DNA of 64,000 bases from Nitrososphaeria archaeon (lineage in GTDB: Archaea; Thermoproteota; Nitrososphaeria; Conexivisphaerales; UBA164), in the NCBI GenBank assembly GCA_049976505.1, contig JBMFIC010000001.1, positions 19,985 to 83,984 of the forward strand, read 5' to 3'. Within the stretch, counting starts at the first letter, position 1. Each line of letters starts with the position of its first letter. Under the pieces are notes generated by a model. The model was not told where the DNA came from, ran no database searches, and saw only the letters and a program-made list of their open reading frames with translations. Positions 36,515-45,128 of the stretch are shown here, in pieces. The translations under genes and the position numbers were made by a program.

Positions 36515-37413
36515 ATCTTAAGACCCTCCAGCGACACGCTTAAAATGGCAGGAGGCTTCGCCTCCCTCTTGATTCTTACCGATTTCCTTATAACGAGAGG
36601 CCTGCCCTTGGGGCCGGGAAGAGATCCAGCTATAAGGACGTAATCGGAGGTGATCTTCTTAAAGGGCAGAAGCGTCCCTGGCTCCTTTGAGGCGGAAATG
36701 ACCCTAAGGTTATAAATTGTCCTCCTCTGGAAGCCCATCTGTCCAGCACGAGGAACCGTGTACATTATCGACGCAGGATGCCAAGGTCCGAGCGTTCCAA
36801 CGGCCCTGACGCTCTTTCTTGCCTTGTGCTGCTTTCTTTTGATCCCGAACCTCTTAACGGGTCCCTGAAAGCCCTTGCCCTTTGTGACGCCTATCACATC
36901 CACGTATCCCCAGCTCATAATGAGGTCCTTGGTCTGGATCGTCTGGTTCAGGATCTTTTTAGCGTACTCAAGTTTCGCTTTTATATCCTTGCCAGTTATC
37001 GGTATCTCTAACACGTACGGCTTCTTCTGAGAGAAGCCGGCATCACGTGGAACAGCTTCAACAACTGCCCTAACTTCAGAGACCTTGCTGAGGTCCATTG
37101 AATCTGAGACATTGCCCAGATTAACAAGATATCCATCATGATAGCCATAAGCAACAATCCTGACGACCTTCATCGGTGGCAGGGCCACGACCGTGAAGGG
37201 CACAAAGAGCGGCTTGCCGAAGTTGGGGGTCCCCTGTCTGTCGTCGGTTATTATAGCATGACCCATCCCCACCTTTATTCCAACGACGGCGGCCAAAGAA
37301 GGCTCTTCGGTCTCAGCATAGTATCTCAGCTTTGGAAGGATTCTCGAGGCTCTCTTCCTTGGATAAAAGGCTAACGAGCCCCTATGCGGAGCATGGTGCT
37401 TTCTGTGGCCTAT
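36511..37413 (-). CDS. rpl3: 50S ribosomal protein L3 (uL3), apparent non-canonical ATA start
   Basis: The track ORF starts at TTG 37296. The in-frame upstream sequence encodes the conserved L3 N-terminus (I)GHRKHHAPHRGSLAFYPRKRASR. The frame is closed by TGA at 37420-37422, leaving only AGG, CTT and ATA before GGC. GGTGA lies 6 nt upstream of ATA. Confidence 0.85.
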   Translation of the reverse strand: MGHRKHHAPHRGSLAFYPRKRASRILPKLRYYAETEEPSLAAVVGIKVGMGHAIITDDRQGTPNFGKPLFVPFTVVALPPMKVVRIVAYGYHDGYLVNLGNVSDSMDLSKVSEVRAVVEAVPRDAGFSQKKPYVLEIPITGKDIKAKLEYAKKILNQTIQTKDLIMSWGYVDVIGVTKGKGFQGPVKRFGIKRKQHKARKSVRAVGTLGPWHPASIMYTVPRAGQMGFQRRTIYNLRVISASKEPGTLLPFKKITSDYVLIAGSLPGPKGRPLVIRKSVRIKREAKPPAILSVSLEGLKI

Positions 37414-37445
37414 AAGCCTTCACCTTCACACACACTATACTTTTC

Positions 37446-37455
37446 TATTAATAAA
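37446..37455 (-). promoter_or_regulatory. TATA-like box of the L3 operon promoter
   Basis: The minus strand reads AAAGGTTTATTAATAG, about 33-42 nt upstream of the proposed rpl3 start and followed by the GGTGA Shine-Dalgarno-like motif at 37420-37424. Confidence 0.35.
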
Positions 37456-37530
37456 CCTTTAGCTTATATCAACGATGAGCTCTGCCTTACGGTATGGGAT
37501 AAAAGAGAAATATATTAAAAACGAGCAAGT

Positions 37531-38559
37531 ATGCGTTGGATGGATCATTCCAGAAAGGTCCTGATTGTTGCAGAAAGGGACACGATAACTGGAAGGCTTA
37601 AGACTGGACCTTCGCTAAGGCTGAAATATTTCCCACGAAGCTACGTTTACGAGCTGAGAGAGGACGGCCTTTCCCAATCAAACTACATAAGAAACATAAC
37701 CTTCAACCCAATGACGACGCTTTACATGCTGGCAAAGGCGCTGTTTCAGAGGGCTTTCAGCGTAGGAGGAAACTACAGGCTCGTTCATTCGTTCTTTTGG
37801 AATTTCTACAGATACAGGATTCCATGGATTCACGAAAACGATCAGTCTCCATCGCAGCTTATCTTCAACTACCTGGGGCTTAGGAACGGGTTTGGAAGGA
37901 AGGTCGCGGAGATGGCCGCTTCAATAATAAACGGGGCCGAGGCTGTTATAACCTGGAGCGAATACGCTAAGAACGGCTTCATAGAGGATGGCGTTGATAA
38001 GGGAAAGGTACAGGTTGTGCCTCTCCCCTATCATGCTAGGTGTGAAAGGCTGCCGCATGAGGGCATAAACGTCCTTTTCGTGGGAAGGGATTACTTCAGA
38101 AAAGGGGGCGACATAGCGGTCAGGCTGATGCTGGACATCGTGCAGAGCGAAAAGGACGTTCACTTTTACTACGTGGGCAAGGGCTTTGTGCCAGAGCATC
38201 CTAATTTTCATCACTATGAGAATTTGCCTCGGGAAAGGCTGGAACGTCTTTACAGCATCGCTGACCTGATGCTCTATCCCTCAAGAAACGAGGCCTATGG
38301 CCTTGCCATCCTGGAGGCTCAGTCCTATGGGATCCCAGTTATAGCTTCAAACCTTCCAGCCTTCAGGGAGATGCTTGGCCGTTATGGCTCGGGTTATGCC
38401 GTTAGCCCAGATGAAATGAAAACAGTAATCCTTGATCTTATAAGAAGCGGGGAGAGGAGAAGTATGCTGTCGGAAAACGCCTGTAGGATGGTTAGAGAGG
38501 TTCATGACCCAGCGCGCGCTTCTGAGGCTCTGGAGAGGATCTATGACTCGGTACAGTAA
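37531..38559 (+). CDS. Glycosyltransferase, GT-B fold (family 1 / GT4-like)
   Basis: C-terminal EAYGLAILEAQSYGIPVIAS is the E-x7-E type motif of GT4 enzymes. Confidence 0.8.
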   Translation: MRWMDHSRKVLIVAERDTITGRLKTGPSLRLKYFPRSYVYELREDGLSQSNYIRNITFNPMTTLYMLAKALFQRAFSVGGNYRLVHSFFWNFYRYRIPWIHENDQSPSQLIFNYLGLRNGFGRKVAEMAASIINGAEAVITWSEYAKNGFIEDGVDKGKVQVVPLPYHARCERLPHEGINVLFVGRDYFRKGGDIAVRLMLDIVQSEKDVHFYYVGKGFVPEHPNFHHYENLPRERLERLYSIADLMLYPSRNEAYGLAILEAQSYGIPVIASNLPAFREMLGRYGSGYAVSPDEMKTVILDLIRSGERRSMLSENACRMVREVHDPARASEALERIYDSVQ

Positions 38560-39637
38560 CTTCATAGGCGGCTTTAGCGTAAGGATGATGAGCTTTTATT
38601 TGCAGACTATGTATCCTGCGTACCTAGTGTATTATCTGGGGGTTAAAGGCTTAACCTACTGGCTTCTGGTTTTTGTCTTCTGGATATCTGCGGGCTTCGG
38701 TACGCTTTTGCCATATTTCGCAAAGGGAAGATATTCACTGATTTCTGTGTTTGCGGCTGTGATCTCTGCCGTGCTGTTGGTGGGCAGGGAGTGGACAGCG
38801 GTCTTCTCTCTTATAGGCCTTTCGGCCCTGGTATCTGGGCTAACCGGAGCATACACGTTTTTGAGCTTTAAGGAGGGATCGTTCAGTGGGGTTCTGGCAT
38901 ACAGCAGTGGGCTAGCGCTTGGGCTTTTTGTTTCAACCCTTCTAATATACTTTGTAGTTAGGGCGGCCAAGCTGCCGCTGGAGCTTTCCGGCATAATACT
39001 GCTTTTATTTTCTCTTATTACGGCGCTTATGATGCCCAACGCTAAGAACAGGACCGATATAGGATACCTAAGGATCGGGGAGCTCCTTGCATCGCTGAAG
39101 AGAACAAGAGTGGAGCTGCGCATGGCCGCGCTTAACACCTTCGCGTGGGTTTCCTTTTTTTCATACGTTTTTTACTTTCTCTACTACGCGCAGGGGATTG
39201 GATCCGAATACGCCATTGGACTTCTGACGCTTACAACCCTTATAATATCCATGTCTCGTATTGCAATTAAAGACAAAACAGGTGGAAGGACCTCTCTGGG
39301 TCTCATTTTTATGCTTTACGCGCTTGCGTTTTTCATGCTGAACCTCAACTCCTACCTGAGATCAATTTACGTGCTCGTAATCGCTTTTGCGCTGGTAGGG
39401 GTAGCTGCAGGCGTTGGCTCGCCATATATTTTGTACAAATCATTAAGAGTTGAAGGCGACGACCGATCAACATATAACGAATATATAGCCTACAACGCAT
39501 ACACAGGCGCTGGAGAGCTTCTGAGCAACCTGTTCTTTTTCATAGTTCTCGAGCTGAGAATTGTTGGATGCTTTTACGCTATCCTCGCGGCAGTCATCAT
39601 AACCGTTATATTGATAGATCAAAAACTACTTATATGA
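38543..39637 (+). CDS. Polytopic membrane protein (MFS-like transporter or flippase candidate)
   Basis: About 10-12 hydrophobic segments. ATG 38543 is preferred, overlapping the GT gene by 17 nt. Its stop overlaps the next gene's ATG (ATGA at 39634-39637). Confidence 0.45.
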   Translation: MTRYSNFIGGFSVRMMSFYLQTMYPAYLVYYLGVKGLTYWLLVFVFWISAGFGTLLPYFAKGRYSLISVFAAVISAVLLVGREWTAVFSLIGLSALVSGLTGAYTFLSFKEGSFSGVLAYSSGLALGLFVSTLLIYFVVRAAKLPLELSGIILLLFSLITALMMPNAKNRTDIGYLRIGELLASLKRTRVELRMAALNTFAWVSFFSYVFYFLYYAQGIGSEYAIGLLTLTTLIISMSRIAIKDKTGGRTSLGLIFMLYALAFFMLNLNSYLRSIYVLVIAFALVGVAAGVGSPYILYKSLRVEGDDRSTYNEYIAYNAYTGAGELLSNLFFFIVLELRIVGCFYAILAAVIITVILIDQKLLI

Positions 39638-40371
39638 ATTACATAATCATAACGGGGTTAGCGGGAAGCGGTAAATCCCTGCTAACGCAGTCACTTTCTG
39701 AATCTCTTGAGGAGGATGGCTGGAGCGTTCTTAAGGCTAATTTTGATCCATCGGCCGAGAACCTGCCTTATACTCCTGACTTTGACATAAAGGAATTTGT
39801 CGACTCGAGAACGGTTCTGGACAGATACGGCCTTGGAAGCAACGGCTCTCTTCTACTATCCATGGATCTGCTGCTTGCAAACCTGAACGTAATATCGCCT
39901 GTGCTGGAATCGTATGACTACGACTATGCCATTCTGGACATGCCGGGTCAGCTGGAGATATTTGCGTTCAGAACGACGGGGCCAATACTCCTCAACTCAA
40001 TAGCACAGGATAAGCTCATATTTTTTCTCAGCGACGTCGTCGTGGCCTCGGACATAAACAATTTTCTGTTGCTCGAGATGATATCGAGGATTCTAGCGCT
40101 CAGAATGAACGCTACATCAATACACGTTATAAACAAGATAGATCTCGACCCGGATGCTGAAAAGCGAATTAGGGAGTTTGAGAGGATGGCGCGCTCACAG
40201 AGCCAGGCCGACGTGCTCCAGCTCAACCTCTTTAAGGCCTACAGGCTCATGAAGAAGGTGGCTCCCGCATCTGAGGTGGTTTTCGCATCAGCTAAAACAA
40301 AGGAGAACATATGGAAGCTGAAGGCGTACGTCTCGAGAGTTTTTAAAGGCGGTGAAGATAAAAAGGCCTAG
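39634..40371 (+). CDS. GPN-loop GTPase
   Basis: Walker A ITGLAGSGKS, DMPGQLEIF (switch II region), and NKIDL. The track ORF's upstream extension was rejected. Confidence 0.8.
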   Translation: MNYIIITGLAGSGKSLLTQSLSESLEEDGWSVLKANFDPSAENLPYTPDFDIKEFVDSRTVLDRYGLGSNGSLLLSMDLLLANLNVISPVLESYDYDYAILDMPGQLEIFAFRTTGPILLNSIAQDKLIFFLSDVVVASDINNFLLLEMISRILALRMNATSIHVINKIDLDPDAEKRIREFERMARSQSQADVLQLNLFKAYRLMKKVAPASEVVFASAKTKENIWKLKAYVSRVFKGGEDKKA

Positions 40372-40453
40372 CTTTTATCCATTCGATTCTTTGAAATTCG
40401 ATAGCTAAATAAAAAACGCTTATAAGAACGTTCATTTGTATAAAATATTTACA

Positions 40454-41758
40454 ATGAGCGAAGAAAGAGTCGACTGGTACCTTGACTTCATAGATTACAA
40501 CAGAAAGCCCGCAGAAAACGAGATGCAGGTCCTCTTTAAGGTAACCCCAGCGCAGGGCTACTCAATGGAGGAGGCAGCAGGCAGGATAGCAAGCGAAAGC
40601 AGCGTTGGAACGTGGACAACGCTCACAACGATAACTCAGGACACTTTGAACAGGATGGCTAAGGTATACAGGATTTCAGGAGATCTTGTGTACGTTACCT
40701 ATCCGCTTGAGCTCTTTGAGCTTGGCAGCATACCACAGCTCTTTTCATCCGTGTTCGGAAACATTTACGGAATGAAGGCAGTTGCGAGGCTGAGAATCAT
40801 AGATCTGAGATTCCCTCCTGAGTACGTTAAGAGCTTCAAGGGTCCGCTTTTTGGCCAGAAGAAGGTTAAGGAAATACTCAAGATAAAGGAAAGAAGGCCA
40901 ATCATAGCCACGGTTCCCAAGCCCAAGCTGAGCCCGAGCGCGGAAGCACATGCCAAGATAGGGTACGAGATATGGCTTGGAGGAGAGGATCTCCTAAAGG
41001 ACGACGAAAACCTAACAAGCCAGCCGTTCATCAAGTTCGAGGACAGAGTAAGGGAGGTCTTCAAGTACAGGGACAAGGCTGAAAAGGAAACTGGGGAGAG
41101 GAAATCAGCTCTCATCAATATAACCGCTGAGACTGAGGAAATGAAAAGGCGCGCTAAGCTGGTTAAGGACTACGGCGGCGAGTTCATCATGGTGGACTTC
41201 TTAACTGCTGGATGGGCTGCTGTTCAGACGATAAGGAACGTAGCGGAGGAGCTGGGTCTGGCCCTCTACGCGCACAGGGCCTTCCACGCGGCGTTCACAA
41301 AGCTTCCTGATCACGGAGCTACCATGCTCGCTGTTGCTAAGGTTGCTAGGCTGGCTGGAGTGGATTTCCTGCACATAGGAACTGCGGGGGTTGGTAAAAT
41401 GGAGTCAACAAAATCAGACGTAATAAGGATCAAGGAGGAGATAACGATGGATAAAGTGCCGCAGGAGGACATATACTTTGAGCAGGACTGGGTTGGTCTT
41501 AATCCGATAATGCCGGTTAGCTCAGGAGGTCTGCATCCAGGAATTCTGCCTCAGCTGCTTGACGCCCTGGGGCCGGATATCGCAATACAGGTAGGAGGAG
41601 GCGTGCTCGGACATCCTATGGGACCAAGAGCAGGTGCAAAGGCTGTGAGGGACGCGATAGATGCGTGGAACAAGGGGATACCGCTAGAGGAGTACGCGGA
41701 AAAATCAAAGGAGCTAAAGGCAGCTCTTGAGAAATGGGGCACAAAGAGCTACGCCTGA
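40454..41758 (+). CDS. rbcL: Ribulose-1,5-bisphosphate carboxylase/oxygenase large subunit, form III (archaeal type)
   Basis: GGEDLLKDDENLTSQPF (carbamylated-Lys motif), HRAFHAAF, and SGGLHPG..QVGGGVLGHP. No small-subunit gene is present. Confidence 0.9.
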   Translation: MSEERVDWYLDFIDYNRKPAENEMQVLFKVTPAQGYSMEEAAGRIASESSVGTWTTLTTITQDTLNRMAKVYRISGDLVYVTYPLELFELGSIPQLFSSVFGNIYGMKAVARLRIIDLRFPPEYVKSFKGPLFGQKKVKEILKIKERRPIIATVPKPKLSPSAEAHAKIGYEIWLGGEDLLKDDENLTSQPFIKFEDRVREVFKYRDKAEKETGERKSALINITAETEEMKRRAKLVKDYGGEFIMVDFLTAGWAAVQTIRNVAEELGLALYAHRAFHAAFTKLPDHGATMLAVAKVARLAGVDFLHIGTAGVGKMESTKSDVIRIKEEITMDKVPQEDIYFEQDWVGLNPIMPVSSGGLHPGILPQLLDALGPDIAIQVGGGVLGHPMGPRAGAKAVRDAIDAWNKGIPLEEYAEKSKELKAALEKWGTKSYA

Positions 41759-41858
41759 CCTCCTCCCCGCCCTGAAGGGCGGAGATTTCCGAGGTCTCGA
41801 GGGTTACTCCCCTTTAGCGGGAGCTATTGGCTTAATATAAGCCAGGCACGTATTTAAG

Positions 41859-41864
41859 TTTTTT
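41859..41864 (+). terminator. Oligo-T tract downstream of rbcL, within a hairpin-rich convergent spacer
   Basis: TTTTTT at 41859-41864, preceded by hairpins at 41767-41782, 41807-41823 and 41829-41843. Archaeal terminators are typically T-runs. Confidence 0.3.
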
Positions 41865-41898
41865 ACCGTTTTCATCTCCGCCGTTAACGGCGAAGCTT

Positions 41899-42651
41899 TC
41901 AGCTTCTGTAAAGGCCTGAATAAAAGGCCTTTATCTCGTCCATTTCCCTTCTCAGCTTTTCAGTTATTTTTTCTTTTCTTTGCTCGTAGTACTGTACCAT
42001 TTCACGGGCAGAGCTCTTAATTAGCTGCACTCTGTCCCAGAACGGCACCCCAGCTCTGCCTATGCTGGACTTGGCTATAAGCCACAGCGCTGCGTCCTCC
42101 TCAGTGATGTCTGCAGGATAACCAAGATAAAGTCTCTCCCTAACCGCATTGTAGACAAGCGTTGCTATCATTTTAGGGCGCCACTTTTCGATAAAATTCC
42201 TGGAGGCTTCCCCATCACGCAGGATGCTCTTCATCTGCTCCAGCTTCTCATTTCCTTCGGGATCCAGCTCCAGGCCCGTTGCGGCCTTTATGAAGTCCTC
42301 AAACTTTAGGATCTGCTCAAGACTTCCGCTGGTTACCACTATCGATGAAGCTGCGGAGCTATCCACAAGGGCTATGCCGAGGCTCTCAAGTGGATCGGCA
42401 ACTCTTAGCTCGGCCCTGCCCTCCTTGAGAAGCCTTATGGCCAGGTCCAGGTTTATTGGCCCTCCATATACATACCTTCCAGATATTTCAATTAAGGGAA
42501 CCGTCAGTATTCTTTTGATTATAGCAAGCGACAGATCGTTGCTGAGGTTTACTAGCTCGATATCGAGCTCGAGATCCCTTACGGCCCTAAGAAGGGTATG
42601 GCTAGTGTAGCACGCAGGATGATAATAGACTATGGGCCTCATTTTTCGCAT
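41899..42651 (-). CDS. Hypothetical protein: N-terminal glutaredoxin/thioredoxin-like fold (monothiol CYTS) plus ~170 aa helical domain
   Basis: IVYYHPACYTSH (CxxS), ..TVPLIEISGRYVYGGP (cis-Pro TVP and GG, as in glutaredoxins). I do not recognise the remainder. Confidence 0.35.
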   Translation of the reverse strand: MRKMRPIVYYHPACYTSHTLLRAVRDLELDIELVNLSNDLSLAIIKRILTVPLIEISGRYVYGGPINLDLAIRLLKEGRAELRVADPLESLGIALVDSSAASSIVVTSGSLEQILKFEDFIKAATGLELDPEGNEKLEQMKSILRDGEASRNFIEKWRPKMIATLVYNAVRERLYLGYPADITEEDAALWLIAKSSIGRAGVPFWDRVQLIKSSAREMVQYYEQRKEKITEKLRREMDEIKAFYSGLYRS

Positions 42652-42729
42652 AAATTGCAAGAACTGGCTTTAAAGCATTTGTCATTTTTTTAAAATGCTT
42701 TATTTACGGGTAATGCTTCTTTTGTATGC

Positions 42730-44502
42730 ATGGAGGAGCTTGAGGTAAAGAAGTCCCTAAGAGAGCCGATAGTCGTGGTGCTAGGTCATGTTGACGCGGG
42801 CAAGACGTCCCTGCTTGATAAGCTCAGGGGAACCGCGGTTCAGGAGAAGGAGGCAGGGGGTATAACACAGCACATAGGGGCCAGCCTATTCCCATCGGAA
42901 GTGCTCGTTAGGCTTTCGAGAGGTCTAATCGAGAGGTACAGGATAAAGGTTGAAATTCCTGGAATCCTTTTCATTGATACCCCTGGCCATGAAGCATTTG
43001 CAAATCTCAGGTACAGGGGAGGCTCTGCTGCAGACATCGCAATAGTAGTTGTTGATGTAACTAAGGGCATAGAGCCGCAGACGGTGGAGAGCATAAACAT
43101 CCTGAAGGAGAAGAAGGTCCCATTTCTTATAGCTCTAAACAAGATCGACCTGATCGCTGGCTGGAGGCCACACCCCGAGCTTCTCCTGCTTGAAGATCTT
43201 AATCAGCAGGACAAAGCCACGATTAAGCTTCTTGATGACAGGATCTACACTGTAATGGGTCAGCTCTCAGCCCTGGGATTCGAGAGCGATGCTTTTTACA
43301 GGATTACGAACTTTAAGAGGCAGGTTGCCATGGTGCCTGTTAGCGCCGCAACGGGGGAGGGGTTGCCGGAGCTTCTTACGGTGCTTTTAGGCTTGGTTCA
43401 GAACTTCATGAAGGAGAAGCTTCAGTTCAAGGCTGGGCCTGGCAAGGGCATAATAATAGAGGTAAAAGAGGAGGAGGGAATGGGGAAGGTCCTGAACGTT
43501 ATACTGATTAATGGAATTCTGTCAGTGAACGATAGAATCGTTACTGGCACAGACAGGGGGTCTAAGGTCACCAGAATTAAGGGAATCTACCTGCCCAAAC
43601 CCCTTGATGAGATGAGAGATCCGAGAGACAAGTTCAAGCCGGTAAAGAGCGTTGCCGCCTCAGCAGGCATCAGCGTTCTAGTGTCAGATCCTGAGGATAT
43701 AGTGGCAGGCGCTCCAGTTTACGTCATAACTAATGAGGAAGAGGAAAGGGAGGCATCAAGGCTCATAGAGGAGGAGCTCAAAAGCCTGACCATACGAACG
43801 GATCAGCTGGGCGTGATAGTTAAGGTTGATACGCTGGGCTCCCTAGAGGCCTTCAGCTTTCTGCTTAAAAAGGAGAACATCCCAATTAGATACGCCGAGA
43901 TAGGCCTTGTAACCAAGAAGGACGTTGTGGAGGCCCAGCTCGTGAGGCAGGAGAACAAGTATCTTGGAGTCATACTGGCATTTAACCAGAAGTCGCTCGT
44001 TGAGAATCCTCCAGTCCCCGTATTCTTCGGAAACGTGATGTACAACCTGCTCCAGGATTATCTTAACTTCGTCAAGCAGGAGAAAGAGAAGGATCTGAAG
44101 CTGAAGATTGAGAAGATGACGTACCCTGCCAAGTTTCAGGTGCTCAAGGGATACATATTCAGGAGAAGCAACCCGGCGATATTTGGCGTGAGAGTCATAG
44201 CTGGAATTTTGAAGCCCAAGGCAAGAATAATGAATTCAAAAGGAGAGGAGCTTGGATTCATAGAGCAGATTCAGGTTCAGGGCGAAAGCGTTCAGAGGCT
44301 AGGGCCGAACGAGGAGGGAGCGGTATCCATGAAAAACGTCACGATAGGAAGGCACATAAAGGAGGACGAGGTGCTCTACACGCTGCCGACCTCAGAGGAG
44401 GCTAAGGCGTTGAAGGAATCGGAGCTACCGCCGGAGGACGCTGAGCTTTTGAAGGAAATAATCGAGATAAGACGGAAGGTGGAGTATCTTTACGCCTACT
44501 AG
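42730..44502 (+). CDS. infB: Translation initiation factor aIF5B (IF2 homolog)
   Basis: VVLGHVDAGKTSLLD, DTPGHEAF, NKID, and a 590 aa length. Confidence 0.9.
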   Translation: MEELEVKKSLREPIVVVLGHVDAGKTSLLDKLRGTAVQEKEAGGITQHIGASLFPSEVLVRLSRGLIERYRIKVEIPGILFIDTPGHEAFANLRYRGGSAADIAIVVVDVTKGIEPQTVESINILKEKKVPFLIALNKIDLIAGWRPHPELLLLEDLNQQDKATIKLLDDRIYTVMGQLSALGFESDAFYRITNFKRQVAMVPVSAATGEGLPELLTVLLGLVQNFMKEKLQFKAGPGKGIIIEVKEEEGMGKVLNVILINGILSVNDRIVTGTDRGSKVTRIKGIYLPKPLDEMRDPRDKFKPVKSVAASAGISVLVSDPEDIVAGAPVYVITNEEEEREASRLIEEELKSLTIRTDQLGVIVKVDTLGSLEAFSFLLKKENIPIRYAEIGLVTKKDVVEAQLVRQENKYLGVILAFNQKSLVENPPVPVFFGNVMYNLLQDYLNFVKQEKEKDLKLKIEKMTYPAKFQVLKGYIFRRSNPAIFGVRVIAGILKPKARIMNSKGEELGFIEQIQVQGESVQRLGPNEEGAVSMKNVTIGRHIKEDEVLYTLPTSEEAKALKESELPPEDAELLKEIIEIRRKVEYLYAY

Positions 44503-45128
44503 CCCTCAAGTATCCTTCTGGTGACGCTGTCTATCCCTCTTGCTGCGAACGATGGCATACGTTTCTCGTACTCCTCAATCCTTTTCAGGTAGTTCTTCAT
44601 CGTGTACTCGATCTCGCTCTCACCGGTGATCAGCCTTCTTCTTGCGTACTCATCTATTTGGAACTCTATGTTCCTGTTATCATATTCGATAACTTTTCTC
44701 GCGAAGTCTATGGTCAGGTACAGCTCCCTCCTTTCCGCGCTCTCCCTGAGCTCATGCAGAGTGCTCTCAGGAAGCACTATACAGGCGAGCCCATTCTTAA
44801 CTGCGTTGCCATAAAAGATGTCGCCGAAGGATTCAGCAAGAACTGCCTTTATTCCGTAATCTACCAGCGCCCATACCGCGTTCTCCCTGGATGATCCTAT
44901 GCCAAAGTTCTTTCCAGCGATCAGGATCGATGCATCTCTGTACTTTGGGGTATTAAGTATGAAATCTGCTCTCGGGTTACCGCTTTCATCAAAGCGCCAC
45001 CTGTAAAAGAGATACTTGCCAAGGCCTTTCTTCTGCAAAAGCTTAAGGAACTGCGCTGGAATTATCTGGTCAGTATCAACGTTATCGTATGGAAATGGAG
45101 CCGCCTTTCCTGAAATCCTCTCAGGCAA
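44499..45128 (-). CDS. leuD: 3-isopropylmalate dehydratase small subunit
   Basis: ILIAGKNFGIGSSRE. It is coupled to leuC by an 8-nt overlap. Confidence 0.85.
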   Translation of the reverse strand: MPERISGKAAPFPYDNVDTDQIIPAQFLKLLQKKGLGKYLFYRWRFDESGNPRADFILNTPKYRDASILIAGKNFGIGSSRENAVWALVDYGIKAVLAESFGDIFYGNAVKNGLACIVLPESTLHELRESAERRELYLTIDFARKVIEYDNRNIEFQIDEYARRRLITGESEIEYTMKNYLKRIEEYEKRMPSFAARGIDSVTRRILEG

